In this document: positions 1 through 9,465 of the stretch, in pieces
Position numbering within the stretch: position 1 is the stretch's first letter
Layout: the number at the start of each line of letters is the position of its first letter
NCBI GenBank assembly: GCA_016215735.1
Contig: JACRIA010000069.1
Coordinates: forward strand, 1 to 29,169
From: Candidatus Peregrinibacteria bacterium
Lineage (GTDB): Bacteria > Patescibacteriota > Gracilibacteria > UBA1369 > UBA12463
DNA: 29,169 bases
Direction: 5' to 3'
Program-made: the position numbers and the translations under genes
Notes under the pieces: model-generated
Seen by the model: only the letters and a program-made list of their open reading frames with translations
Told to the model about the DNA's origin: nothing
The model's database searches: none

Positions 1-651
1 AATTTATCCGGAGATGTTACGTATCTAAATGTCAAATATGACGGCGAAATTGCTCTCAAAATGGCAGGCAAAAAATTGTATCTTAATCTTTTAAAATATC
101 CTAAAGCTGTTGAAGACAATCCGCAGCTTGCCATGCTGCCGGCGCTTGCGAATAAATGGTATTTTGTGGATTCTACTCCATATGAAAAGCAATACGGGCT
201 GGGTTTTACTGAAAAGCAGGTAACTCCCGAGCAAAAGCAAATAGAAGAAGAATTTTTTAACACAAGTTTGTTTAAAAATCTCAAATATGAAGGCAAAGAG
301 AAAGTCGGCAATATTGACGCCTATAAATACAGCGGCGTTTTTGATAAAGATGCCTTTTATCAGTTTGTCCTGAAGGCTTCAGAAATTAATAAGACACCTG
401 CGACAGAAGCGGAAAAGAAAGATTTGAAAAAAGCGCTTGCGAGTTTTGATATGCCTGCGGAACTACTGATTTCCGCGAACGACGAGATGCTCGTTGGCCT
501 AAAAAGCACTATTGCGTATAAAGATCCTGAACAGAAGGCCGATGCTATTATCAAAATTGACGCAAAGCTCATTGATATCAATCAGTCGTTTACTGTTGAA
601 ATTCCCAAAGACGCTGTTGATTTAATAAAGATGTTTGGCGGAGGAGCTTGA
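1..651 (+). CDS. Partial (5' end outside window) hypothetical exported/lipoprotein-like protein, LppX/LolA-like beta-sheet fold suspected
   Basis: Frame 1 is open from base 1 through the ATG at 61 to TGA at 649-651. Pattern WYFVD...EGKEKVGNIDAYKY...INQSFTVEIP resembles LppX/LolA-like proteins (recognition only). Confidence 0.6.
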   Translation, partial: NLSGDVTYLNVKYDGEIALKMAGKKLYLNLLKYPKAVEDNPQLAMLPALANKWYFVDSTPYEKQYGLGFTEKQVTPEQKQIEEEFFNTSLFKNLKYEGKEKVGNIDAYKYSGVFDKDAFYQFVLKASEINKTPATEAEKKDLKKALASFDMPAELLISANDEMLVGLKSTIAYKDPEQKADAIIKIDAKLIDINQSFTVEIPKDAVDLIKMFGGGA

Positions 652-1413
652 ATCGATCTCGCTAAACCGTGGGTCTTTTCTGCTGGATGAGTTCCAGATT
701 ACTTCGAATAAATGCGTGAAAGTTTCCGCGATCGCGGCGTTGTCAATCAGAATTACAAACTCATTTTTTAGCGATATAAAAGCTATTTTATCGCTATAAA
801 TATTGATTATTGCGTTCGGCGCAAATTCTTTTCTCAAAAATCTTATTTCGCATAAATCTTTTTTAATCAATTCGGCGGCGCTGTCTAAAGCATTTTCCCG
901 CGCGATAATTTTTATTGGAATTTTTTTGAGAATCCGGCGCTCTGTGAACGATTTGAAATATTTTTTTAATTTTTCATCGGTTTCCGATACAGATAAAATT
1001 GTTTTTAGGGGTTTTGCTTCTGATAAGATGCTTTCATATACGTATATTATTGAGTTTTTTCCTTCAAGAAGATTGGTTGCGGGCCGCGAATGGTAGGCTG
1101 TTTTCAAGCCGTCAAGATAACATATATTTTCGGCCAGTTCGCGGATTTTCATGTCGAGTTCTGATTGCTGGTATTTTAAATAATTCAAAATTCTTCTCGG
1201 CTCAGCCGCTGTGTATGAACGCAGAGAGCCTTTTTTGAGCTCCATCATATAGCCCTTATGTTTGAGTTTTTCAATGATTGAATAGGCAGTTGATCTTTCT
1301 ATATCCGCTTCTTTTGCGATGATGCTTGCCGGATTTGTCCCTATTTTCAGACTTGCTAAATAAAGCGCCGCTTCTTTGCCAGCAAGCCCTATGGATTCCA
1401 AAATTTCCTGCAT
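622..1413 (-). CDS. TrmB-family transcriptional regulator (N-terminal HTH plus effector-binding domain)
   Basis: MQEILESIGLAGKEAALYLASLKIG...IAKEADIERSTAYSIIEKLKHKG HTH, with C-terminal IYSDKIAFIS...F..LFEVIW. Start 1413 is preferred over 1428. Confidence 0.85.
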   Translation of the reverse strand: MQEILESIGLAGKEAALYLASLKIGTNPASIIAKEADIERSTAYSIIEKLKHKGYMMELKKGSLRSYTAAEPRRILNYLKYQQSELDMKIRELAENICYLDGLKTAYHSRPATNLLEGKNSIIYVYESILSEAKPLKTILSVSETDEKLKKYFKSFTERRILKKIPIKIIARENALDSAAELIKKDLCEIRFLRKEFAPNAIINIYSDKIAFISLKNEFVILIDNAAIAETFTHLFEVIWNSSSRKDPRFSEIDSSSSAKHLY

Positions 1414-1682
1414 TTTGTGAATTAACATATGGCGCCTTTAGTTACTAGCAGGAGAATAAACGTATAGTAAAAAATTGCGGCATACAAACGTTTTCTGTTG
1501 ATAGAAGTTGACAACATGGGGCTTCAAAGCAAAAAGCCGCCTTGAATATCCGAGGGCAGGCGCGCGGTTTTATTTTTGCGCCTTTGATTTTTAGAGCCGC
1601 GGAATAAAAAGTCCGGGGCAAAAAGCCGCGATGTCATAAAATTTTTAATTATTTTTAATGCTGTAGTGATTATTCTTGCGTT

Positions 1683-3098
1683 ATGAAATCCCCAGCCAGA
1701 ATATTGTTTTTTGTCATTTTTTGGGCGTTAGGCATTGTTTGCTACAAGGTTTTTTGGGCTGCAATACTGCTTTTGGCGCTGATTGCCGTAATTTTTTGGA
1801 AATTTCGCTTGGTTAAAATTATCTCGATTTTTATTCTCGCTTTTCTGCTTGGTTTTTTGAGAATGTACATTGCGCATGACAAGGGAATTGATTATAGCGA
1901 GGCGGCGCAAAATAAAAAAATAACAGTCGAAGGCTTTATTTGCGAAGATTTGGACAGGCGCGATGACTTTATGTTTTTATACGTGCAGGCTGAGAAAGCG
2001 CAGGTCGCCGGGGTTGCGCAGGCAGCGGATTTCAAATTTATTATAAAAACCGATCTATACGCGGATTTTGAGTATGGAGATTATGTGAAAGCGCAGGGAT
2101 TTCTGGTCGCAGCAGCGGATTATTTTCAGGCAAAAGACATAAAATATTTCATGTATTATCCAAAAATTTCTGCATCTGGCAGTCAAAAACAGAATATTTT
2201 TATGAAATTTATTATTTTTGTGCGGCGCAGTGTCTTAGGTGCTATTGAAAATGTTTTCAGCGAACCTGTTGCGAGTTTTATTGCGGGTTTGCTCATTGGC
2301 AGCCGAAAAAGCATTCCTGATGAAATCATGCAAAATTTCAATAAAATCGGGCTTACGCACGTTTTGGCTATTTCTGGCTGGAACATAACGCTTATTATTA
2401 GTTTTGCCGCGGCGATATTTGGTTTTTTGGGCAGACGGCTCAAGATTATTTTTTCCCTGGTTACAATTTGTATTTTTGTTTTGATTGTCGGCGGAAATCC
2501 AAGCGTTCTCCGCGCAGGCATTATGGGAGCAGTTTCTTTAATTGCTCTTGCGTTTGGCAGACAAGGCATTCCGCTTATTACCCTGTGTGTTTCCGGGTTT
2601 TTGATGACACTAGTCAATCCAAAAATTTTGCTGTTTGATGTTGGTTTTCAGTTTTCATTTTTGTCCACGCTAAGCCTTATTTGTCTATTGCCGCGCTTCG
2701 TTGAATTTTTTAAGTGCATTCCTGCGGCGTTTGGTTTGCGCGACATTTTTCTAGCAACAATGTCTTCGCAAATATTTATTTTACCGATTGCTGTTGCCGC
2801 CTTTGGACGAATTTCCATTGTTTCACCGATTGCGAATATTTTTATTTTGCCTTTTATTCCGTTTATTATGTTTTTTTCTTTTTTTGCGATAAGTCTGGGT
2901 GCGATTTTTTTGCCTGCAGGCGCCCTATTAGCGGTTTTACCGATAATGCTTTCAAAATTCATTTTTTGGATTTCAGCCTTGATGGCTAGTTTTGATTTTG
3001 CCTATATAGATGTTTTTCAAATTCCAACGTCTGCGAGGCTGCTGTATTTTACCTTTATTTTGTATGTTTTAATCAAGATTGAGGTTTTTGAGGCGTGA
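1683..3098 (+). CDS. comEC: ComEC/Rec2 DNA uptake channel (OB-like plus Competence domain; no C-terminal metallo-beta-lactamase domain)
   Basis: Motifs GLTHVLAISGWN, PSVLRAGIM, DVGFQFSFLST, SPIANIFILP; many TM helices. Confidence 0.95.
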   Translation: MKSPARILFFVIFWALGIVCYKVFWAAILLLALIAVIFWKFRLVKIISIFILAFLLGFLRMYIAHDKGIDYSEAAQNKKITVEGFICEDLDRRDDFMFLYVQAEKAQVAGVAQAADFKFIIKTDLYADFEYGDYVKAQGFLVAAADYFQAKDIKYFMYYPKISASGSQKQNIFMKFIIFVRRSVLGAIENVFSEPVASFIAGLLIGSRKSIPDEIMQNFNKIGLTHVLAISGWNITLIISFAAAIFGFLGRRLKIIFSLVTICIFVLIVGGNPSVLRAGIMGAVSLIALAFGRQGIPLITLCVSGFLMTLVNPKILLFDVGFQFSFLSTLSLICLLPRFVEFFKCIPAAFGLRDIFLATMSSQIFILPIAVAAFGRISIVSPIANIFILPFIPFIMFFSFFAISLGAIFLPAGALLAVLPIMLSKFIFWISALMASFDFAYIDVFQIPTSARLLYFTFILYVLIKIEVFEA

Positions 3099-5624
3099 AT
3101 ATTTTTTGGTTGCCTCTTCCATATCTTCCTTTTTGATTTTTGTTTGGCGCCCAGAGTTTGCGCGTGAGATCTCTCCGGCAAATTCTTTTATAAATTTATC
3201 TTTTTCTTCGCGTATCCTGTTTAGATCCAGCTCTTGGCCGTCCCTTCTTTTAACCATAAATCCGCGATATTCATGTTCACCCAGACTTGTTTCTTCGTTG
3301 TTAACATCGGGGCGCTTATTTCTGAACAAATCTACATAGTGTTCAATTATATTTTGATCATTGCCGTCTCGCACTCTATCGATATCTAGGATTTCAACAT
3401 TCGCGGCTTCGCCTTCCACGTCAAGAATTTTTTCACCTCTTGTATGATCGTATAATGCTTCATTTAGATCTTTTATCCTTTTATCCTCAAATCGGCTGCT
3501 CCTGTCGCGCAGGCGTTTTGCGCCCTCGTGGCGCTGGCTTTGTTCCAGCATATATTCAAAAACCTCTACAATGCGGAGACCTTCAAGCTTTCTTCGCATC
3601 GCCGGATTATCCTTAATACTTCCGTAAATCAACATTTGCGTTAACGGATTTTGTTCCATTTCAAGTTCAGCCAGTCTTTCCCGGCTCTTTTTATCTTTTG
3701 AATTGATTTCGAGAATTTGCTTATGGATTTCAATTTCAGAGTCGATGTTTCCTTCTTCCTCAAATTTTTCTGCTGCTTTTCGAAGCGTATGAATCTGAAC
3801 CGTCTGTTCAAAATCTACTACTTTTTCCTTTGCCTCCTTTTCATTGTTAGCTTCTTCGATTATTCTATCCACTGTTTTGGGGTTTAACTTGCGCAATAAT
3901 GCCATTCTTCCATCCAGATCAAGCTCATAGAAGCGGGAGTTATTTTTTTGCGTTTTGTCATCAAGCGACTGGAATGCCTCGAGGGTTTTTTTGCGCAGCG
4001 GATCATCTAATTCCGAATTTTCATAATAATCGCGGAGTTTCTTAAGCGGTAACTTTTTAATCCATTCTTTGTATGCGGCCGCTGTTTTGTGCGCTATAAG
4101 TTTTCTTTTTTCAAAATCTTTTACTTTCTTCATAAATTTTTCTTGAAGCGTATGAGTTTCGTTGATTTCCCTGGTTGCTTCTACCAATATCTTTAACCTT
4201 TCGCGCAAATTACCTTTCATAAACTGCTTTTCAAAGCGCTTTTTGTATTCTTCGGGCATTGATTTGAATTGTTCCAAAACATGTTTTCTAAACGGCACTT
4301 GCAGGCTGGAATCGCTTAAAGATTTTTTCTTTTCATCCAGCGATAATTTTGCGGTTTCCCGCCTCCATCTCAAAATATAATCCCCGTTTTCCCCCATTGT
4401 TTTTTTAGCAATTATTCCTTGTTCTGCCAGCTGTTTTATTTTTTTCTCGAGTTCTTTCATAATCCGCATATGTTCTTTTACCTCCGCTGCTATCTCCTTT
4501 TTTTTGTTATAGTCCGATTCCCAAAAATTATATTGTTTTTGGATTTCTTCGGGCGCTTTTTCGTATATTTCCGCCAATTTTTCTACCTGTTTTTCACATT
4601 TATCGAAATTTTTGACGCATTCTTCGATAAACTTAATGTCAAAATCAGACCGCGACACGCTTGCCAGCGCGAAATTCTTTTCAGCAGAGCTAAAATACGG
4701 AGTTTTATCCACTTTTTCCATGTATTTATTTTTGAGCTCAGCGCGCATTTTAGTTATTATTTCTGTTTTTTCTTTGCGGGTTTTTGCCTGATCAAAATCG
4801 CGTCCGTATCGTGATTGTCTTTCACGGGAAAATTTATTAAAGTCAGATTTTAATTCTGTTAAAGATTCAGCTGTTTCCTTGCCTCTTGCGCTTTTTTCCA
4901 TCCCCCATTCTTTCAAAAGCTTTTCCTGATCAGCAAGCGAAGATTCTTTGAAGCGTACAGTCATCATGTTAATATCGCGCGAATTATATTCATCGGATTT
5001 TTCCAGACGCTTCATCAGATCATTGAAATTGCGCATGTTTTCTTCAAGGCGCGGAAGATAATCCTCGCGCTTTTCATGCCTGCGCAGTTTTCCGAATTCA
5101 TCCAAATGAACACGCGAGTTGCCGACGTACTTTATTAATTTATTGCGAAGTTCCTGCAGGCTTTTGATTTCATCAGGAAGCGCCTCGAGATATTTCTGTT
5201 TTTTTTCAATCTCCTGCGTCAAAAATTCATCTTTATATTCCTGCAGAGTATCAATTTTTTTAGAAGGATTGAGTCCGAATAATTCTTTGTTAACATCGAG
5301 TTTTGAAAAATATTCACGCATAAGGCGTTGAGTTTCTTCGATGGTTTCTTTTATTTCTTCATGCAAAATCTGCAGAGCTTCTTTATCGCGTTTGCGCTCA
5401 ATGCGTTCTAGGCGCGAGAGAAATTTTTTCTGTTCAGTTTCGCTCAATAAATCACTAGCCTCTTGTATTTGACCCCTGATATTTAAAGCATTTTGTATAT
5501 GGTCGTTGTTGTTTTCAAAAAGATCGTACGCGTTTTTTTTGTTAGTAGCCAAATCATTCAAATCATCTTTTGTGATTTCCGTGCCGTCATCAAATCTTTT
5601 TGCTATATTTTCGTTTCCTGCCAT
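3069..5624 (-). CDS. 851-aa charged, all-helical hypothetical protein with degenerate ~95-aa tandem repeats and a TPR-like segment
   Basis: Long ORF rich in K/E/L. Residues ~390-482 align by eye with ~497-580. AAEKFEEEGNIDSEIEIHKQILEINSKD is TPR-like. Confidence 0.8.
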   Translation of the reverse strand: MAGNENIAKRFDDGTEITKDDLNDLATNKKNAYDLFENNNDHIQNALNIRGQIQEASDLLSETEQKKFLSRLERIERKRDKEALQILHEEIKETIEETQRLMREYFSKLDVNKELFGLNPSKKIDTLQEYKDEFLTQEIEKKQKYLEALPDEIKSLQELRNKLIKYVGNSRVHLDEFGKLRRHEKREDYLPRLEENMRNFNDLMKRLEKSDEYNSRDINMMTVRFKESSLADQEKLLKEWGMEKSARGKETAESLTELKSDFNKFSRERQSRYGRDFDQAKTRKEKTEIITKMRAELKNKYMEKVDKTPYFSSAEKNFALASVSRSDFDIKFIEECVKNFDKCEKQVEKLAEIYEKAPEEIQKQYNFWESDYNKKKEIAAEVKEHMRIMKELEKKIKQLAEQGIIAKKTMGENGDYILRWRRETAKLSLDEKKKSLSDSSLQVPFRKHVLEQFKSMPEEYKKRFEKQFMKGNLRERLKILVEATREINETHTLQEKFMKKVKDFEKRKLIAHKTAAAYKEWIKKLPLKKLRDYYENSELDDPLRKKTLEAFQSLDDKTQKNNSRFYELDLDGRMALLRKLNPKTVDRIIEEANNEKEAKEKVVDFEQTVQIHTLRKAAEKFEEEGNIDSEIEIHKQILEINSKDKKSRERLAELEMEQNPLTQMLIYGSIKDNPAMRRKLEGLRIVEVFEYMLEQSQRHEGAKRLRDRSSRFEDKRIKDLNEALYDHTRGEKILDVEGEAANVEILDIDRVRDGNDQNIIEHYVDLFRNKRPDVNNEETSLGEHEYRGFMVKRRDGQELDLNRIREEKDKFIKEFAGEISRANSGRQTKIKKEDMEEATKKYSRLKNLNLD

Positions 5625-5640
5625 TGAGAATATTTTGTTA

Positions 5641-5701
5641 GGTGTTCGCCTGCGGCGATTTTTAATAGCGCCTGTGCCCGCCTCAGGCGGACGGCGTGTT
5701 A
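5641..5701. repeat. Bipartite hairpin element, family A, copy 1
   Basis: TCGCC-tgc-GGCGA, then an AT spacer, then GCGCC[tgt]GCCCGCC-tca-GGCGGAC-GGCGTGTTA; intergenic between nrdJ and the 851-aa gene. Confidence 0.85.
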
Positions 5702-5726
5702 GGACGCCCGTGGTGCTGTTGCGTTG

Positions 5727-8700
5727 CTATACAGTACACGCGGAGAATCCGCAATTCAAGCACAAGATACAGCCTTCGCCTTGACGTATTTCCGCAGAAC
5801 ATTCCGGGCATTTACATTCGCGCAACAATTGTGCTTTGCTCAGCGATCGATGCTGATGTGTTGTGAATTCTTCGGAAAAGGGGGAGCCCTCGCTTGCGAT
5901 CGGCGGAAGTATTATCTCTTCAATTTTGTTATTTTTTATCTTGGCCGTTCCTTTTTTCTGTTCCGGGATATCCGGCTGCGGAATTGTTTTTGATTTATTC
6001 ACTTTTCCGATATTAAGCACCTGCGATTCGCGGCTTTGGTCTCTGTAAATCGTGATTCCTTTGCAGTGCAGTTTATATGCGAGCCAATACGCTTGCTTGA
6101 TATCGTCGATCGACGCGGTTGACGGAAAATTTATTGTTTTTGATACAGAACTGTCAACATATTTTTGAAACGCGGCCTGCATTTTAACATGCCATTCAGG
6201 CAAGATATCCTGCGCGACGACAAAAACTTTTCTGATTTTTTCCGGAATCCATTTTATATTTTGTATTGATCCAATTTTCGCGATTTCAGCCATTAATTCA
6301 GGGGAATAAAGATTTTCTTTTTTCATTTCATCCTCAAAATATTTATTCGTGTAAACAAATTCAGTGCCGTCCATCACATTTTTGATATATGAGATTGCGA
6401 AGTTTGGTTCGAGTCCGCCAGAGGCTTCCGCGAGCATTCCAATCGTGCCGGTTGGAGCAATAGACGTGACGCATGCGTTTCTGATTTTAATGCCTTTTTT
6501 ATCGTATTCAGAGCCTTTCCATACTGGGAATACGCCGCGTACAGCCGCGAGTTTTATAGAATGTTTTATCGCGGCTTCATGAATGAATTTCATTGTTTTT
6601 TCGCCGAATTCAACTCCTTCATCTGAATTGTACGGAATATGCAATTGATAAAGAATATCCGCAAAACCCATTATGCCGAGGCCGATTTTGCGCGTTCTAT
6701 AGGTGTTTTCTTTAATTTGTTCAATTGGATAATGGTTTACGTCAATGACGTTATCCAAAAAATGTACGCATTTTTCCACAAGTTTATCGAGTTTTTCCCA
6801 ATCCAAATCCTTGCCGCTGCTTGCTACCACTTTATTAAGATTGATTGAGCCGAGATTACAGGATTCGTATGGAAGAAGCGGCTGTTCTCCACAATTATGG
6901 ACTACAAGTCCGTTTGCAATAAAACTGTGTGTGAGAGGTTCCGTAAGATCATATACAAGTTCTGTTCCAATGTGTTTTAGATTTTGAAATGTTGCGAAGA
7001 AATATTCTTTATACGGCTTTCTTTTCATGTTTTTTAGCGCAAGAGCAAGTTTTATTTTTTTGTTTGATTGAAGGAATCCGATTTCATTTTTGAATCTGGC
7101 AAGATTTTCTTTTGATATAACAAGTTCATGTTGCGCTTTTGTTCTGTAGAATTTGCTGCTGCCTTTGCCGTCTGGCAATTTTTTCCATCCTTCAAGTCTT
7201 CTGTTGCTGTATATTTTTGAAAATATGCCGAAATTCAAAAGCATTTGCTGAATTTTTTCCAAAACATCGAGGTTACTTTGTGCCAATCGTACGCTGAATC
7301 CTTTTTCTTTTGTGCCTGCGGTGTCGCTTCGCGACAGCTTATTTCTATAGACCTGTGTTCGCCTGCGGCGAACGGTCTGTTGAAAACTTCCGTCCGCAGA
7401 AAATAATCCCTGCAAAAATCCTTTCTGAAATGTTTCCGATGCAGTGAATATTTTTTCATCAATATCGTATTTACAAGGATTCAGTCCGTATGAATGCGCT
7501 AGTTCTCTCAAACGGCTTGAGCTGATTCGAACCTCATTCCTATTTGGGATTTTTACAATTCCTATTTTATTGTTTAACAATTCGGCTACCATTTTTTGAA
7601 ACATTGGCGCAAGACTGTATTTTTCCTCGCCAAAAAACGCTAATACTAATCTGGCTTTTTTGAATTCTTTGTTGTTCAGATATCCGTCTCCGACATACCA
7701 TCCAAGAATGCGGCCTGTTGCGAGATTTCCGTTTTTCCCGAACCCGCCTTTTCTATTTAATATATAAATTTTATCGTCTTGTTTTAGATCTTGCGCTTTA
7801 ATCCACCCATGTTTTGTCATTATTTTGTGATTCGCTGTGAGCTTTAAGCTGAATCCTTCTTTTGTTGTTAGCTTGTAGACGTCTTTTTCTCCAGTGATGA
7901 ATACTTTGCTGGCTTGAAGGCTGGATTTTTCGCTTATGCGCGAGTCAATGGTAAGCTTAATCGGGTTTTGTTTTAAAAATAATTCTTTTGCTGAAACCAG
8001 CCCTTTGTCCGTATAAATTAATGTATCGCCGGTTACGCATGGATTTGTGGCTTCTATATCCCCTAAATGCTTTACCGGACTTTTTCTATTTATTTCATCA
8101 ATAAAAATTAGACCCGGATCGCCGTTTTTCCACGCGTTCGCGAGAATGATATCAAAAACCATTTGACTGGGCAGTGTTTTTACGACTTTTTTATTGCGCG
8201 GATTCAAAAGCTCATATTCTTCATTTTTTTCAAGAGCTTCCATAAATCTGTCTGTTAATGCGACAGAAATATTAAAATTCGTGAGAGAATTCATGTCGGA
8301 TTTTGAATTGATGAAATCCAAAATATCCGGATGGTCAACGCGCAAAATTCCCATATTGGCTCCGCGCCGCTTGCCGCCTTGTTTGATAATTTCTGTCGCA
8401 GCGTCAAAAACTTTCATAAAACTCACTGGTCCGGAAGAAACGCCTGTTGTAGAGCGCACTACATCGTTTGACGGCCTTAATCTTGAAAAAGAAAAACCAG
8501 TTCCGCCGCCGCTTTTGTGGATAAGGGCGGCATGTTTCAGGCTTTCAAAAATTCCTTCCATTGAATCTTCAACTGGAAGAACAAAACATGCAGACAATTG
8601 TCCAAGTTGAGTTCCAGCATTCATAAGAGTGGGGGAATTCGGCATGAATTCCAGATTCGCGATCATATTGAAAAATTCTTCGCTTGTTTTTTCAACATTA

Positions 8701-9185
8701 GCGTTATAATTTTTGTCTGCCTGCGCGATTGCGTTCGCGATTCTATGCACCAAATCTTCAGGAGTTTCAATCAGATTTCCATTTTCATCTTTTAGCAAAT
8801 ATCTTTTTTCCAAAATCTTGAGCGCGTTGTTTGAAAAATTTAAATTCTTTTCAGCTTTGCCTTTACCAAGAATAAGTTCACGTTGAGCTCTTTCTTCGGC
8901 CCTTTTTTGTCTGTATAAAATGTACGCTTTTGCGGTTTTCGCGTGGCCTCCTTCAATCAATATTTTTTCAACAAGATCTTGAATCTGTTCAACAGTCGGA
9001 ATATCAGTTTCTTTTTTGAAAAAAACTTCTAGCACCGCAGTGATCTGGTTTGAAATTTGTTCTGCTTCTTTGCGATCTGTGCCACCAACAGCGGAAGCTG
9101 CTTTCCATATTGCTTCTGTAATTTTATTTTGATCAAAATCAACTATCCTTCCATCGCGTTTAACTATTTTTTTTATTGGAGACAT
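5727..9185 (-). CDS. nrdJ: Class II adenosylcobalamin-dependent ribonucleotide reductase with N-terminal ATP-cone, an intein and a C-terminal Zn-ribbon
   Basis: IVKRDGRIVDFD (ATP-cone), FMPNSPTLMNAG, QLSACFV, GGTGFSFS, NPC^CGEQPLLPYESCNLGSINL, IAPTGTI, VSKTINFP, KGITIYRD, CPEC...CLNCGFSAC. Confidence 0.96.
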   Translation of the reverse strand: MSPIKKIVKRDGRIVDFDQNKITEAIWKAASAVGGTDRKEAEQISNQITAVLEVFFKKETDIPTVEQIQDLVEKILIEGGHAKTAKAYILYRQKRAEERAQRELILGKGKAEKNLNFSNNALKILEKRYLLKDENGNLIETPEDLVHRIANAIAQADKNYNANVEKTSEEFFNMIANLEFMPNSPTLMNAGTQLGQLSACFVLPVEDSMEGIFESLKHAALIHKSGGGTGFSFSRLRPSNDVVRSTTGVSSGPVSFMKVFDAATEIIKQGGKRRGANMGILRVDHPDILDFINSKSDMNSLTNFNISVALTDRFMEALEKNEEYELLNPRNKKVVKTLPSQMVFDIILANAWKNGDPGLIFIDEINRKSPVKHLGDIEATNPCVTGDTLIYTDKGLVSAKELFLKQNPIKLTIDSRISEKSSLQASKVFITGEKDVYKLTTKEGFSLKLTANHKIMTKHGWIKAQDLKQDDKIYILNRKGGFGKNGNLATGRILGWYVGDGYLNNKEFKKARLVLAFFGEEKYSLAPMFQKMVAELLNNKIGIVKIPNRNEVRISSSRLRELAHSYGLNPCKYDIDEKIFTASETFQKGFLQGLFSADGSFQQTVRRRRTQVYRNKLSRSDTAGTKEKGFSVRLAQSNLDVLEKIQQMLLNFGIFSKIYSNRRLEGWKKLPDGKGSSKFYRTKAQHELVISKENLARFKNEIGFLQSNKKIKLALALKNMKRKPYKEYFFATFQNLKHIGTELVYDLTEPLTHSFIANGLVVHNCGEQPLLPYESCNLGSINLNKVVASSGKDLDWEKLDKLVEKCVHFLDNVIDVNHYPIEQIKENTYRTRKIGLGIMGFADILYQLHIPYNSDEGVEFGEKTMKFIHEAAIKHSIKLAAVRGVFPVWKGSEYDKKGIKIRNACVTSIAPTGTIGMLAEASGGLEPNFAISYIKNVMDGTEFVYTNKYFEDEMKKENLYSPELMAEIAKIGSIQNIKWIPEKIRKVFVVAQDILPEWHVKMQAAFQKYVDSSVSKTINFPSTASIDDIKQAYWLAYKLHCKGITIYRDQSRESQVLNIGKVNKSKTIPQPDIPEQKKGTAKIKNNKIEEIILPPIASEGSPFSEEFTTHQHRSLSKAQLLRECKCPECSAEIRQGEGCILCLNCGFSACTV
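6894..8039 (-). mobile_element. 382-aa intein with LAGLIDADG homing endonuclease, inserted just before the catalytic Cys of NrdJ (NP^CGEQ site)
   Basis: Starts CVTGDTLIYTDKG and ends FIANGLVVHN followed by C(+1). LAGLIDADG blocks ILGWYVGDG and FLQGLFSADG. Removing it restores EATNPCGEQPLL. Confidence 0.95.
7317..7379. repeat. Family A hairpin element, copy 2, inserted in frame in the intein endonuclease
   Basis: gtcgcttcgcgacagctt is identical to 11753-11770, followed by AGACC[tgt]GTTCGCC-tgc-GGCGAAC-GGTCT. Encodes about QTVRRRRTQVYRNKLSRSDTA. Exact boundaries are uncertain by a few nt. Confidence 0.85.
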
Positions 9186-9365
9186 GTGTTGGAGTTAAAT
9201 TTCTAATGTCTAATATATACTAATTTCTAATGCGGTTTGCGGCTGTGATGCACTAATTTCAAACACGGAAAGAACGGCCCAAGAAATTTATTTCTCCGAG
9301 CACTTCTAAATATATTCATATTTAGTTTTTGTTCAATAGATTTTTAGCAAAAACGCTTGCACCAA

Positions 9366-9413
9366 ATCATATATGTAGCGTCTTATACGATTGCGGCATA
9401 CTATATATTGTGG
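9366..9413. promoter_or_regulatory. Tandem putative NrdR boxes upstream of nrdJ
   Basis: atactatatattgtgg (9398-9413) matches the acaCwAtATaTwGtgt consensus. A weaker box atcatatatgtagcgt (9366-9381) lies 32 bp away, the spacing known for NrdR box pairs. Confidence 0.65.
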
Positions 9414-9465
9414 AAATGGCTTATTGCAGGGAGATAAGAGTTATTGTCCAAAAAGCCATGAAATT

